A stretch of 64,000 nt of DNA from an uncultured bacterium (GTDB taxonomy: Bacteria > Desulfobacterota > Deferrimicrobia > Deferrimicrobiales > Deferrimicrobiaceae): the NCBI GenBank assembly GCA_963741515.1, contig CAVUIA010000003.1:1221-65220 (forward strand). The letters are read 5' to 3'. Positions within the stretch are counted from its first letter, which is position 1. Every line of letters begins with the position of its first letter. The notes beneath the pieces are model-generated. The model ran no database searches. It saw only the letters and a program-made list of their open reading frames with translations, and had not been told where the DNA came from. Position numbers and translations under genes: made by a program. Shown one piece after another: positions 19,068 through 27,807 of this stretch.

Positions 19068-20006
19068 ATGGGTCGTGACCGGATCAATCGAAGGGAGTTC
19101 CTCCGGCTGGCGGGGACCGTCGCGGGAATCGCCGCCCTCCCCGCATCCGCTTCGCGCCTCGGCGCCGCCGCGGGACCGCAGGTCCCCGTTTCCATGGCCC
19201 AGGGGGGATCGCCCGGGGAGAATGCGCAAAAGGCGGTGGCGGCTCTCGGCGGCATGGGGGTCTTCGTGTCCCGGGGCGACATCGTGGTCGTCAAGCCCAA
19301 CATCGGGTGGGACCGCACCCCCGAACAGGCGGCGAATACCGACCCCGAAGTCGTGGTGGCCGTCGCCGCGATGTGCCTCGCCGCCGGCGCGAAGGCCGTG
19401 CGCGTTTTCGACCGGACGTGCAACGAAGCGAGGCGGTGCTACGTCAGCAGCGGGATCGCGGAGGCCGTGGAGCGTTTCGCCAGGAAGAACCACGCGGCGG
19501 ACGCGCTCCGCGTCTACCACGTCGAGGAACGCAAGTTCGTCCGCACGTCGATCCCCGGCGCGCTGGCGCTGAAGGAATGGGAGTTGTACCGGGACGTTCT
19601 CGAGGCGGACAAGGTCGTGAACGTCCCGATCGCCAAGCACCACTCGCTGTCGGACGTCACCCTCGGGTTGAAGAACCTGATGGGCGTCATGGGCGGAAAC
19701 CGGGGACAGGTCCACTTCCGGCTCCCCGAATGCCTCGTGGACGTCAACCGGAGGGTTCCGAGCTGCCTGACGGTGATCGACGCGGGACGCGTGCTGCTGC
19801 GGAACGGGCCGTCGGGCGGCGACCTCGCCGACGTGAAGAATTTCGGGGCGGTCTTCGCTTCGGGAAACGTGGTTGCGGCCGACATGACGGCCGCGGAGAA
19901 GGTATTCGGTTTGAAGGCGGAAAGCGTGGCCCATATCCGAAAGGCCATGGAATCCGGGATGGGGATCTCGTCCCCGTCGCAGCTCCGCCTGCTGAGCGCC
20001 AGATAA
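19068..20006 (+). CDS. DUF362 domain protein with twin-arginine (TAT) signal peptide
   Basis: MGRDRINRREFLRLAGTVAGIAALPASA (RRxFL TAT motif), followed by a DUF362-like body. Confidence 0.7.
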   Translation: MGRDRINRREFLRLAGTVAGIAALPASASRLGAAAGPQVPVSMAQGGSPGENAQKAVAALGGMGVFVSRGDIVVVKPNIGWDRTPEQAANTDPEVVVAVAAMCLAAGAKAVRVFDRTCNEARRCYVSSGIAEAVERFARKNHAADALRVYHVEERKFVRTSIPGALALKEWELYRDVLEADKVVNVPIAKHHSLSDVTLGLKNLMGVMGGNRGQVHFRLPECLVDVNRRVPSCLTVIDAGRVLLRNGPSGGDLADVKNFGAVFASGNVVAADMTAAEKVFGLKAESVAHIRKAMESGMGISSPSQLRLLSAR

Positions 20007-20035
20007 TTTCCGGGAATATCGAGAGGAGAAGCAAC

Positions 20036-21131
20036 GTGGAGATGTCCAGGAAGACAATGTGTGCCGTCATCGTCGCGGCGGGAATCGCCTGCGCGGCGCT
20101 GGCCGGGGGATGCTCGAAGAAGGACTTCAACCGGGAGGCCGTCGCCGCCGTGAACGGGGAGGAGATCACCGTCCTCGATCTCCGGGAGTACCTCGGCGCG
20201 CCGACCGGAATCTTCGGGTTCACGGAACATGCCGGTGGAGCAGAAGAAGAAGGCGGTCGACCAGTTGATCGCGGGGCGCCTCGTCGTGCAGGCGGGCCGG
20301 GCCCTCGGGCTGGACAACACGCAGGAGTACAAGGAGACCATCCGGAAGAACGAGATCGGCGTGCGGGTGGACGCCCTGATCCGGAAAGAGGCCGGGCAGA
20401 AGCTGAAGCTGGACGAAAAGGAGATCAAGGCCGAGGCGGCGAAGATCAAGGCCGAGACCGCCAGCCTCTCCGACGCGGAGGCGTCCGGCAGGGCGTCGAA
20501 GGCCATCGTCGGCCGCCAGCTCCGCAAGATACAGAAGGACCTGGTCGTGACGGCCAAAAAGGAGACGGGCGCCGCCGTCGACAACGCGGTCCTCGACCGG
20601 ATCGCGAAGGGGGAGCCCGTTCCGGACGACGCCGTTCTCGCGTCCGCCGGGGACGAAAAGATCCTGTACGGGGAAGTCAAGAAGGCCATCGCGGAGATGC
20701 CGATGCTGCCGGTCCGGCAGGACCAGCGGAACCCCGAGGTGACCCGGGCCCTGATCATGAGGGTCCTCGAACAGGAGCTGGTCCTGCGGTCGTTGAAGGC
20801 CTATTCGAAGAAGCAGGGGGTGGACGGCTCCGAGGAGTACCGGATGGCGCAGCGGAACATGGAGCGCGCGGTCGTCGCCAACCTGCTGTTCGACAACGTC
20901 GCGGGAGTGTCGCCCGAGGTGTCCGACGAAGAGGTCGCCGCGGATTACGCGAAGCGCGTCCAGATGATGGGGGGGGACAAGTCGAAGGCCCCGCCGATCG
21001 ACGCGGTGAAGGACCAGCTCCGGGAAATCCTGAAGACCCAGAAGCGCCGGGCCGTGTTCGAGGAATACATCGGGGAGCTCAGGAAAAAGGGGAAGGTTAC
21101 GGTGAATGAAGACGTTCTTCCGAAGGTGTGA
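20036..21131 (+). CDS. SurA N-terminal-domain periplasmic chaperone lipoprotein (PpiD/SurA-like, no parvulin domain seen); apparent frame change near 20195-20230
   Basis: GAGGAGAA Shine-Dalgarno, then GTG, then the lipobox LAGGC. AVAAVNGEEITVLDLREYLG (SurA_N start) is in one frame and continues as ...EQKKKAVDQLIAGRLVVQAGRALGLDN... in ORF 20229..21131. Confidence 0.65.
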
Positions 21132-21733
21132 CCCGGGGGGCAGGGGGACCCGGGGGCGGATCGCGCGCGGTCCCGTCGCCCTGGTCGTGCTTCTCGCCCT
21201 GATCGCGTCCGCCGGGAGCGCCTTCCCCGAGGAAAAGGGGGCGGCCGCGCTTCCCGGCGGAGGCGGGGCGGGCGGACGCCGGATGCTCGAGCCGGGGGCC
21301 GTCGCTCCCGGCTTCACCTTGAAGGATATCTCGGGCGAGGCGTTCGACTTCGAGGTGGAGAAAACGAGATCCCCGTTCCTCGTGGTCTTCTTCTCGATCT
21401 TCTGCGAACCGTGCCGGCGCGAGCTGGCGGCCGCCCAGAGGCTCCATGACAAGTACCGGGACGCCGGCTGGCGCGTGGTGGCCGTGTCGCTCGACGGCGT
21501 GCCGCTGGGATACGCCGTGGCGGGATTCGCCCGGCAGGAAGGGTACGGTTTCCGGGTCCTGGTCGACGAACTGGACGCGCGGGACACGTTCAGGGCGGCG
21601 GATCCTTTTCGGCGTCACCGAGATGCCCTCGACGTTCGTGATCGAAAAGGGGGGCAGGATCGCATTCGGCAGGAAGGGGCCGGTCGCGGCGGAGGAACTC
21701 GAGAAGTTCATGCAGCCGGCCAGGAAGCCGTAA
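21106..21733 (+). CDS. TlpA-like thiol-disulfide oxidoreductase (redoxin, CxxC); apparent frame change near 21595-21605
   Basis: Signal peptide, then FLVVFFSIFCEPCRRE (CxxC). The C-terminus ILFGVTEMPSTFVIEKGGRI... continues in ORF 21446..21733. Confidence 0.65.
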
Positions 21734-21741
21734 CCCCGGGC

Positions 21742-22329
21742 ATGACGTTCAACGAAGCGCGATTTCTCATATTCGACCCCGTGGGGAAGGCGTGGCCCGC
21801 GATTCGTCTCCCCCAGGTGGCCTTCGCCGGGCGTTCCAACGCGGGGAAATCGTCCCTGCTGAACGCGCTGACCGGCCGGTCGCGGCTTGCGCGGGTCAGC
21901 AACACTCCCGGGAGGACCCGCGGCATAGCGCTCTTCGAGGTGATGGGCCGCTTCGCCTTCGCCGACCTTCCGGGGTACGGTTTCGCGAAGGTCTCCATGT
22001 CGGAACGGGAGGCATGGAAAAACCTCGTCGAGGGGTATCTTTCCGGGTGCAGGCAGTTGCTCCGGGTGTATATCCTGGTGGACCTCCGCCGCGGTCCCGG
22101 CGAGGAGGATCGCCGGCTCGCGGAGTACCTCGCCGCGCATTCCCTGCCGTACCGGTGGGTGGGGACCAAGGCGGACAAGCTCTCGTCGCGGGAATTGTCC
22201 GGGGCGCTCTCCCTGTTCGCGGGGGAACCGTGGCTGGACGCCGGCGGCGAGGTGATATGGACCTCCGCGCGGACCAAGGCGGGGATCGATCGGCTCAGGA
22301 ACGACGTGAGGGCGGCTTTCCCGCTCTGA
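21742..22329 (+). CDS. engB: ribosome biogenesis GTP-binding protein YihA/EngB
   Basis: PQVAFAGRSNAGKSSLLNALTG (G1) ... DLPGYGFA (G3) ... VGTKADKL (G4). Confidence 0.85.
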   Translation: MTFNEARFLIFDPVGKAWPAIRLPQVAFAGRSNAGKSSLLNALTGRSRLARVSNTPGRTRGIALFEVMGRFAFADLPGYGFAKVSMSEREAWKNLVEGYLSGCRQLLRVYILVDLRRGPGEEDRRLAEYLAAHSLPYRWVGTKADKLSSRELSGALSLFAGEPWLDAGGEVIWTSARTKAGIDRLRNDVRAAFPL

Positions 22330-22346
22330 AAGCGGAGGAGAATTCC

Positions 22347-23222
22347 GTGTATCCAGTGCTCGAAACGAGAGAGATCGCAGCGAACGTTTTCCGTCAGAGG
22401 ATCCTGGCGCCCAGGATCGCCCGGAAGCGGAAGGCGGGGCAGTTCGTGGTGCTCCGCCTCGGGGAAAACGGGGAACGCGTCCCCCTGACGATCGTCGATT
22501 CCGATCCCGCGGAGGGGTCGGTGACGGTCATCTTCCAGGCGGTCGGCAAGTCCACCTCCGGGTTCTCGCGGCTCGCGGCCGGAGACCTCTACACGGACGT
22601 CGTCGGCCCTCTCGGAAAGCCCACGCACATCGAGAAGTTCGGCACCGTCGTCGGGGTAGGCGGGGGGATCGGCGCCGCCCCCCTTCTTCCGATCGCAACC
22701 GCCGTCAAGGAGGCGGGGAACCGCCTGGTGACGATCATGGGGGCGCGGACGAAGGAGCTGCTCATCCTCGAGGACGAGATGCGGGCCGTCTCCGACGACA
22801 TCGTCGTCACCACGGACGACGGTTCCTACGCCCTGAAGGGGTTCGTCACGACCGCCCTGCAGGGGATGATCGACCGGGGCGAGAAGATCGACCTGTGCAT
22901 CGCCATCGGCCCCCTGCCGATGATGCGGGCCGTGGCCGAGGTGACCCGGCCGCACGGGATCCGGACCATGGTCAGCCTGAACCCGATCATGGTGGACGCC
23001 ACCGGGATGTGCGGCGCCTGCCGGGTGACCGTGGGCGGCACGGTGAAGTTCGCCTGCGTGGACGGCCCCGAGTTCGACGGGCACCTGGTCGACTTCAAGG
23101 AGCTCGTGCTCCGGAACCGGGCGTACCTCAAGGAGGAAAAGGCGGCGATGGAGCGGTTCGAACACCCGGGGGGCGGATGCATGGGAAGCGGCGCCGGCCC
23201 CGCGAAGGGCGGCGATCGATGA
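22347..23222 (+). CDS. sulfide dehydrogenase / glutamate-synthase partner subunit (SudB, PyrK-like FAD and 2Fe-2S oxidoreductase)
   Basis: GGAGGA Shine-Dalgarno then GTG. Ferredoxin-NADP-reductase-like fold with a C-terminal GMCGACRV...CVDGPEF cluster. Directly followed by a GltD-like gene with ATGA overlap. Confidence 0.8.
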   Translation: MYPVLETREIAANVFRQRILAPRIARKRKAGQFVVLRLGENGERVPLTIVDSDPAEGSVTVIFQAVGKSTSGFSRLAAGDLYTDVVGPLGKPTHIEKFGTVVGVGGGIGAAPLLPIATAVKEAGNRLVTIMGARTKELLILEDEMRAVSDDIVVTTDDGSYALKGFVTTALQGMIDRGEKIDLCIAIGPLPMMRAVAEVTRPHGIRTMVSLNPIMVDATGMCGACRVTVGGTVKFACVDGPEFDGHLVDFKELVLRNRAYLKEEKAAMERFEHPGGGCMGSGAGPAKGGDR

Positions 23223-24653
23223 GCGGCGCACCTCCTTCCGGGCCCCGCCCGAAACCGTTCAGCGTCCCCCGGCAGCCGATGCCGGAGCAGCCCCCCGCGG
23301 TCCGCGTCGGGAATTTCAGGGAAGTCCCGTACGGGCTCACCCCCGACCTGGCCGTTCTCGAGGCGAGCCGCTGCATCCAGTGCAAGAACCCGCAGTGCGT
23401 GAAGGGGTGCCCCGTCGGCGTCCAGATCCCGGAGTTCATCGACCTGGTGGCGAAGGGGAAATTCGTCGAGGCCGCGAGGAAGATCAAGGAGACGAACTCC
23501 CTGCCCGCCGTGTGCGGCCGCGTCTGCCCCCAGGAGGAGCAGTGCGAGACGCCCTGCGTCCTCGGGAAGAAGGGGGAGCCGGTGGCCATCGGCCGCCTCG
23601 AGCGGTTCGTCGCCGATTTCGAGCGCGTCACCGGGAACGTGGAGATCCCCTCGTCCGCCCCTTCCACCGGGAAGCGCGTGGCGGTCGTCGGCGCGGGGCC
23701 GGCCGGGCTGACCGTGGCGGGAGACCTCGTGCGGATGGGCCACGACGTGACCGTGTTCGAGGCGCTGCACGAGCCGGGCGGGGTGCTCATGTACGGGATC
23801 CCCGAGTTCCGGCTCCCGAAGGATATCGTGCGGGCCGAGGTGGACTACATCCGGAAGCTCGGCGCGAAGCTCGAATGCAACGCGGTGATCGGGAAGACGA
23901 TCACCGTCGACGAGCTGCTCGCGGAGGAGCGGTTCGACGCCGTCTTCATCGGCACGGGCGCGGGGCTGCCGTACTTCATGAACATCCCGGGGGAGAACCT
24001 GGTCGGCGTCTACTCGGCCAACGAGTACCTGACCCGGGCGAACCTGATGAAGGCCTTCCGGTTCCCCGAGGCGGACACGCCGGTCTGCAGGGGGAGGCGC
24101 GTGGCCGTGGTGGGGGGCGGGAACGTCGCCATGGACGCGGCCCGGACGGCGGTGCGGCTGGGCGCGGAGAAGGTGTACCTGGTCTACCGCAGGTCGCTCA
24201 AGGAGATGCCCGCCCGGATCGAAGAGGTGCACCACGCCGAGGAAGAGGGGATCGAGTTCCACATGCTCACCAACCCGGTCGGCGTTCCACGGGAACGAGG
24301 AAGGGTTCGTGACGGAGGTGGAGTGCCAGCGGATGGAGCTGGGCGATCCGGACGCTTCCGGGCGGCGCCGCCCCGTCCCGATGCCGGGATCGGAGTTCCG
24401 CCTCGCGGCGGAAACGGTGATCGTCGCCATCGGAAACGGGGCGAACCCCCTGGTGCCCGCCACGACCCCGGGGCTGGACGCCACCAAGTGGGGGAACATC
24501 CTGGCCGACCAGGAGACGGGCAAGACCAGCAGGAAAGGGGTTTTCGCCGGCGGGGACATCGTCATCGGCGCGGCGACCGTGATCCTGGCGATGGGCGCCG
24601 GCCGCAAGGCCGCGGCGGCCATCGACGAGTACCTGAAGACGGGCGCCTGGTAA
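23219..24653 (+). CDS. gltD: NADPH-dependent glutamate synthase small subunit-like oxidoreductase (GltD/SudA); apparent frame change near 24280-24295
   Basis: CIQCKNPQCVKGCPV...VCGRVCPQEEQCE (Fe-S) and RVAVVGAGPAGL (FAD). The C-terminus ...FHGNEEGFVTEVECQRMELGDPDASGRRRPVP...VFAGGD continues in ORF 24309..24653. Confidence 0.8.
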
Positions 24654-24666
24654 GGCGCCCGGGCGC

Positions 24667-25647
24667 CTATCCCCCCAGCATTTCCACGAAAGCCTGGATG
24701 CGGATCCTCGTCCGCTCGTCCACGCTCCCCGGCGATTCGCCCTCCAGCGTCAGCACCGGCACGCCGACCTCCCCGCGAAGCAGGATGTCCTCGATCTGGC
24801 GGAAGCAGAACGACTGGACGTAGTGGACGATCCCGCGGGCGCCTCTCCTGGCGACTTCCGCGCGGATGTCCCGGATCCGCTCGAAGACGGAGTACGGGTA
24901 GGTGTACGAGAGGTACTGCTCGACCAGCGACGCGGCGGGGAAAGGCATCGCGAACTGCCGCTGGACCTCGTTGAGGACGATCCGGGCCCCCGCCTCCTCG
25001 AAGCATGCGTGGAGGCCGGAGACGATGGGCGGGACCCCGACGAACGCCACGGGCACGCGCTCCCTCATCGCGGGGCGGGCCGCCGCCTCCCCGATGAAAC
25101 TCTCCGCGCGGCGGGCGTACCCTTCGGGATCGCCTTCGAAGTCGGAGCAGGCCACCAGCCACCGGTGGTTCTCCTCCCCGGTGACCTTGCCTTCCTCCCA
25201 CGTCAGCCGGTCGATCTCGTGCGCGAGGCGGCGCACGGGGTCGAGCCGCGCCTTCCACCGTTCCGATTCCGCCAGCGTGGTGCCGAAGCGGTCGGCGAAC
25301 TTGGAAAGCTCGAGCGACAGGGCGCCGGGATCGCGGTCGAAGGGGAAGGCGAAGGGGACGACGGACACGCCCCGGTACTGCAGCACTTCCATCAGCGCCT
25401 GGGTGAAGCTGCAGTCCCCCTGCGTGACGGCGACGACCTGCCGGAAGCCGTGCCGGAGCGCGACGCCGTAGATCCCCTTGATCCAGCCGCAGCAGTTCCT
25501 CGGGAACCCGTCGTACTCCGCCTGCCGGATGAATTCCTCGGGGCGTTCCGACGCGATGAAAACGTTGTTCAGGTCTACCGGCGCCCGCCCGCCGGCAAAG
25601 AGGACCTCTACGGGGATGGTGGTCGTGAAACCGACGCGGGGAGGGGA
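24667..25647 (-). CDS. 2-hydroxyacyl-CoA dehydratase family protein (HgdB/BadE-like, PF06050-type); start unresolved
   Basis: In-frame translation upstream of the ORF-track Met gives ...VGFTTTIPVEVLFAGGRAPVDLNNVF...NCCGW..., the conserved family N-terminus. No ATG, GTG or TTG exists in that frame before the stop at 25648-25650. Confidence 0.6.
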   Translation of the reverse strand, partial: SPPRVGFTTTIPVEVLFAGGRAPVDLNNVFIASERPEEFIRQAEYDGFPRNCCGWIKGIYGVALRHGFRQVVAVTQGDCSFTQALMEVLQYRGVSVVPFAFPFDRDPGALSLELSKFADRFGTTLAESERWKARLDPVRRLAHEIDRLTWEEGKVTGEENHRWLVACSDFEGDPEGYARRAESFIGEAAARPAMRERVPVAFVGVPPIVSGLHACFEEAGARIVLNEVQRQFAMPFPAASLVEQYLSYTYPYSVFERIRDIRAEVARRGARGIVHYVQSFCFRQIEDILLRGEVGVPVLTLEGESPGSVDERTRIRIQAFVEMLGG

Positions 25648-25932
25648 TCAGTCACCACTGATGAACAGGTAATAGATCAGGATGGCCGCGACGAGCGCCG
25701 CCCCCAGGCCGAAGGTGATCAGGTTCTGGTCGATGGTGGCTTGCCCTTCCCCGAGGTTCGCGTAACGGATGACGATCATCGTTCCACCGAGGCCGAAGAG
25801 GAGCGCAAGCAGGTACTTCCAGCGGAAGATCAGGGAGAGGATGAGCAGCACCCCGGCCCCGAACAGCACGCGGCCGTCGTTTGCGAGTTCCATGATTTTC
25901 GCGTTGGTGAGATAATCGAGAATCTCGCTCAA
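25648..25932 (-). CDS. small hypothetical membrane protein (94 aa, about 3 TM)
   Basis: TTG start with AGGAGGA 4 to 5 nt upstream. Hydrophobic segments are present. Divergent from murI across an AT-rich spacer. Confidence 0.5.
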   Translation of the reverse strand: MSEILDYLTNAKIMELANDGRVLFGAGVLLILSLIFRWKYLLALLFGLGGTMIVIRYANLGEGQATIDQNLITFGLGAALVAAILIYYLFISGD

Positions 25933-25959
25933 ATCGTCCTCCTGTCGCCAGGCGGTTAG

Positions 25960-25988
25960 TTGACATCTATACGATAGCGTTTTAATTT
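25960..25988 (+). promoter_or_regulatory. sigma70-type promoter for murI (TTGACA-N17-TAATTT) inside an 83-bp AT-rich divergent spacer
   Basis: TTGACA at 25960-25965, a 17-nt spacer, and TAATTT at 25983-25988, followed by an A-rich leader and the AGGAG Shine-Dalgarno of murI. Confidence 0.5.
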
Positions 25989-26015
25989 AAAAAAATCAAA
26001 GCATTAGGAGATAGC

Positions 26016-26810
26016 GTGGAAAATCCGATCGGGGTGTTCGATTCCGGGATGGGCGGTTTGACCGTTCTGAAAGAGCTGGTGCAGGCGCTTCCTTCGGAGC
26101 ATTTCATTTACCTGGGGGACACGGCCCGCGTCCCCTACGGGGGGAAATCCGCCGAGACCGTCACCCGCTACTCCATCGAGATCGCGAACCACCTCATCAC
26201 CCGTCACGATATAAAGCTCCTCGTCGTCGCGTGCAATACCGCGTCGTCGCTGGCGCTGCCCGCGATGAGGAAAATATACAAGATCCCCGTCGTCGGAATG
26301 GTGGATCCCTGCGTGCGGCGCGCCGCCGCCCTCCGGCGGAAGGCGAGCATCGGCGTCATCGGGACGCTGGGAACGGTCCGCTCCGGGGCGTACGAAGACG
26401 CGCTGCGGGTCGCCGTTCCCGCGGCGAAGGTCCGGTCGATCCCCTGCCCCCTGCTCGTGGCGCTCGCGGAGGAGGGATGGACGGACAACGACATCTCCCG
26501 GGCCGTGATCGCCGAATACCTGTCGCCCTTCCGGTCGGAGCCCCCGGACGCCCTGATCCTGGGCTGCACCCATTACCCGGTGCTCAAGGGCGCGATCCGG
26601 GATTACATCGGGGAGCAAACGGTCCTGATCGATTCCGGGGAGGAGGCGGCGATGGTCGTCGACATCCTCCTGTCCGAAACCCAGGTCCGCGGCAAGGGCG
26701 ATGCGCGGAGGGCGGAGTTTTTCGTCACGGACGATCCCGAGCGGTTCGCCCGCATAGGGAAGGGTTTTTTCGGCAGGGAACTGTGCGACGTCCAACGGGT
26801 GACTCTGTAG
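26016..26810 (+). CDS. murI: glutamate racemase
   Basis: PIGVFDSGMGGLTVLKEL...VVACNTAS...GCTHYP. GTG start preceded by AGGAG. Confidence 0.9.
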   Translation: MENPIGVFDSGMGGLTVLKELVQALPSEHFIYLGDTARVPYGGKSAETVTRYSIEIANHLITRHDIKLLVVACNTASSLALPAMRKIYKIPVVGMVDPCVRRAAALRRKASIGVIGTLGTVRSGAYEDALRVAVPAAKVRSIPCPLLVALAEEGWTDNDISRAVIAEYLSPFRSEPPDALILGCTHYPVLKGAIRDYIGEQTVLIDSGEEAAMVVDILLSETQVRGKGDARRAEFFVTDDPERFARIGKGFFGRELCDVQRVTL

Positions 26811-26823
26811 AAAGAGGGGGCCG

Positions 26824-27807
26824 ATGGGATCATCCCGATCGAAGATGCTCTCCGGGTTCAACCACAACATCAAGTTCCGGGGGAAGACGTATCACGTCCA
26901 GACGGAGGACGGCGGCCAGGCGAACCCGGTGGTCAAGACCCATGTCTTCCTGGGGGGCGTGATCCTCGACAGCGTGCAGATGCCGTACGAGGACATCATC
27001 GAGCAGCCGTCCTGGCAGGACGTGCTGAAGGACCGCATGAAAGCGCAGCATCTCGAGGAGATCCGGCGGCTTCTCGCGGGGGAAGTCGCCCCCGTCGAAG
27101 AGGAAACCCGGAGATCGATGATAGAGGCGTTCCGGCTGGGAGTCTTCACCCGGGGCAGGACGCTCTGGGACGGTCTCGACTTCGCGTTCGAGGACGGGAG
27201 CGCCACGGTGATCGTCGGTCCGCCGTCCTGCGGGAAGACGCTGCTGCTCTCCATCCTCAGCGGTGATCGCCGTCCGGACGCGGGCGACGTGCTCGTTTCC
27301 GGGGAGTCGCTTTACCGGGGAGCCGGGTCCGCCGCCCGCGTCTTCCGGGCTTCCAGCGGGTGCGTGCCCGAGCGGCTCGTCGCGGACGAGAACCTCACCG
27401 TGAACGGCCTGTTCGCGCGGTCCGCAATGATGTGCGTGGGCATCTCCATGGAAGATCGGAAGGCCCGCAGGGATCGGCTCCTGTCGATGGTGGGGCTTCC
27501 GGGATCGGAAGACGTCCGCCTGTCGGCCCTCTCGGCCTCGGAGCGGGCGCGCGCCGCGCTCGCGTCGGAGCTGTTGAGGAACCCGAAGGTCCTGTTCGCG
27601 GACGGCGTGGCCCAGGCGGCGGGCAGCCCGCACGTCGAGATGCTGGGGGCCCTCTACCGCGCGCTGGCGGGGGCGGGGAACACCATCCTGTCCGCGGAAC
27701 GGAAGCTGCCGCACGAATGGGCGGCGTTCGCGGGGCGGGGGGAGCCGGTCGGCCCGTTTCTCGTCCACCGCCTGCCGGCGATCGCGTTGAAGGGAGGCTC
27801 CATTTGA
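26824..27807 (+). CDS. FtsE-like ABC ATPase paralog with an approximately 95-aa N-terminal extension and degenerate catalytic motifs
   Basis: Walker A GPPSCGKT is present. The expected LSGGQ signature reads LSASE and Walker B reads VLFADGV (no catalytic Glu). It is translationally coupled to ftsX (TTGA overlap). Confidence 0.7.
   Translation: MGSSRSKMLSGFNHNIKFRGKTYHVQTEDGGQANPVVKTHVFLGGVILDSVQMPYEDIIEQPSWQDVLKDRMKAQHLEEIRRLLAGEVAPVEEETRRSMIEAFRLGVFTRGRTLWDGLDFAFEDGSATVIVGPPSCGKTLLLSILSGDRRPDAGDVLVSGESLYRGAGSAARVFRASSGCVPERLVADENLTVNGLFARSAMMCVGISMEDRKARRDRLLSMVGLPGSEDVRLSALSASERARAALASELLRNPKVLFADGVAQAAGSPHVEMLGALYRALAGAGNTILSAERKLPHEWAAFAGRGEPVGPFLVHRLPAIALKGGSI

Noticed and set aside
17915-19423. 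The N-terminal 500 aa of the 1007-aa ORF 16400..19423.
   Set aside because: Only the C-terminal 504 aa (from MTRYKSNLF...) is a coherent Wzx-type protein. The upstream part is frame noise overlapping the DUF2304 and GT2 genes in another frame.
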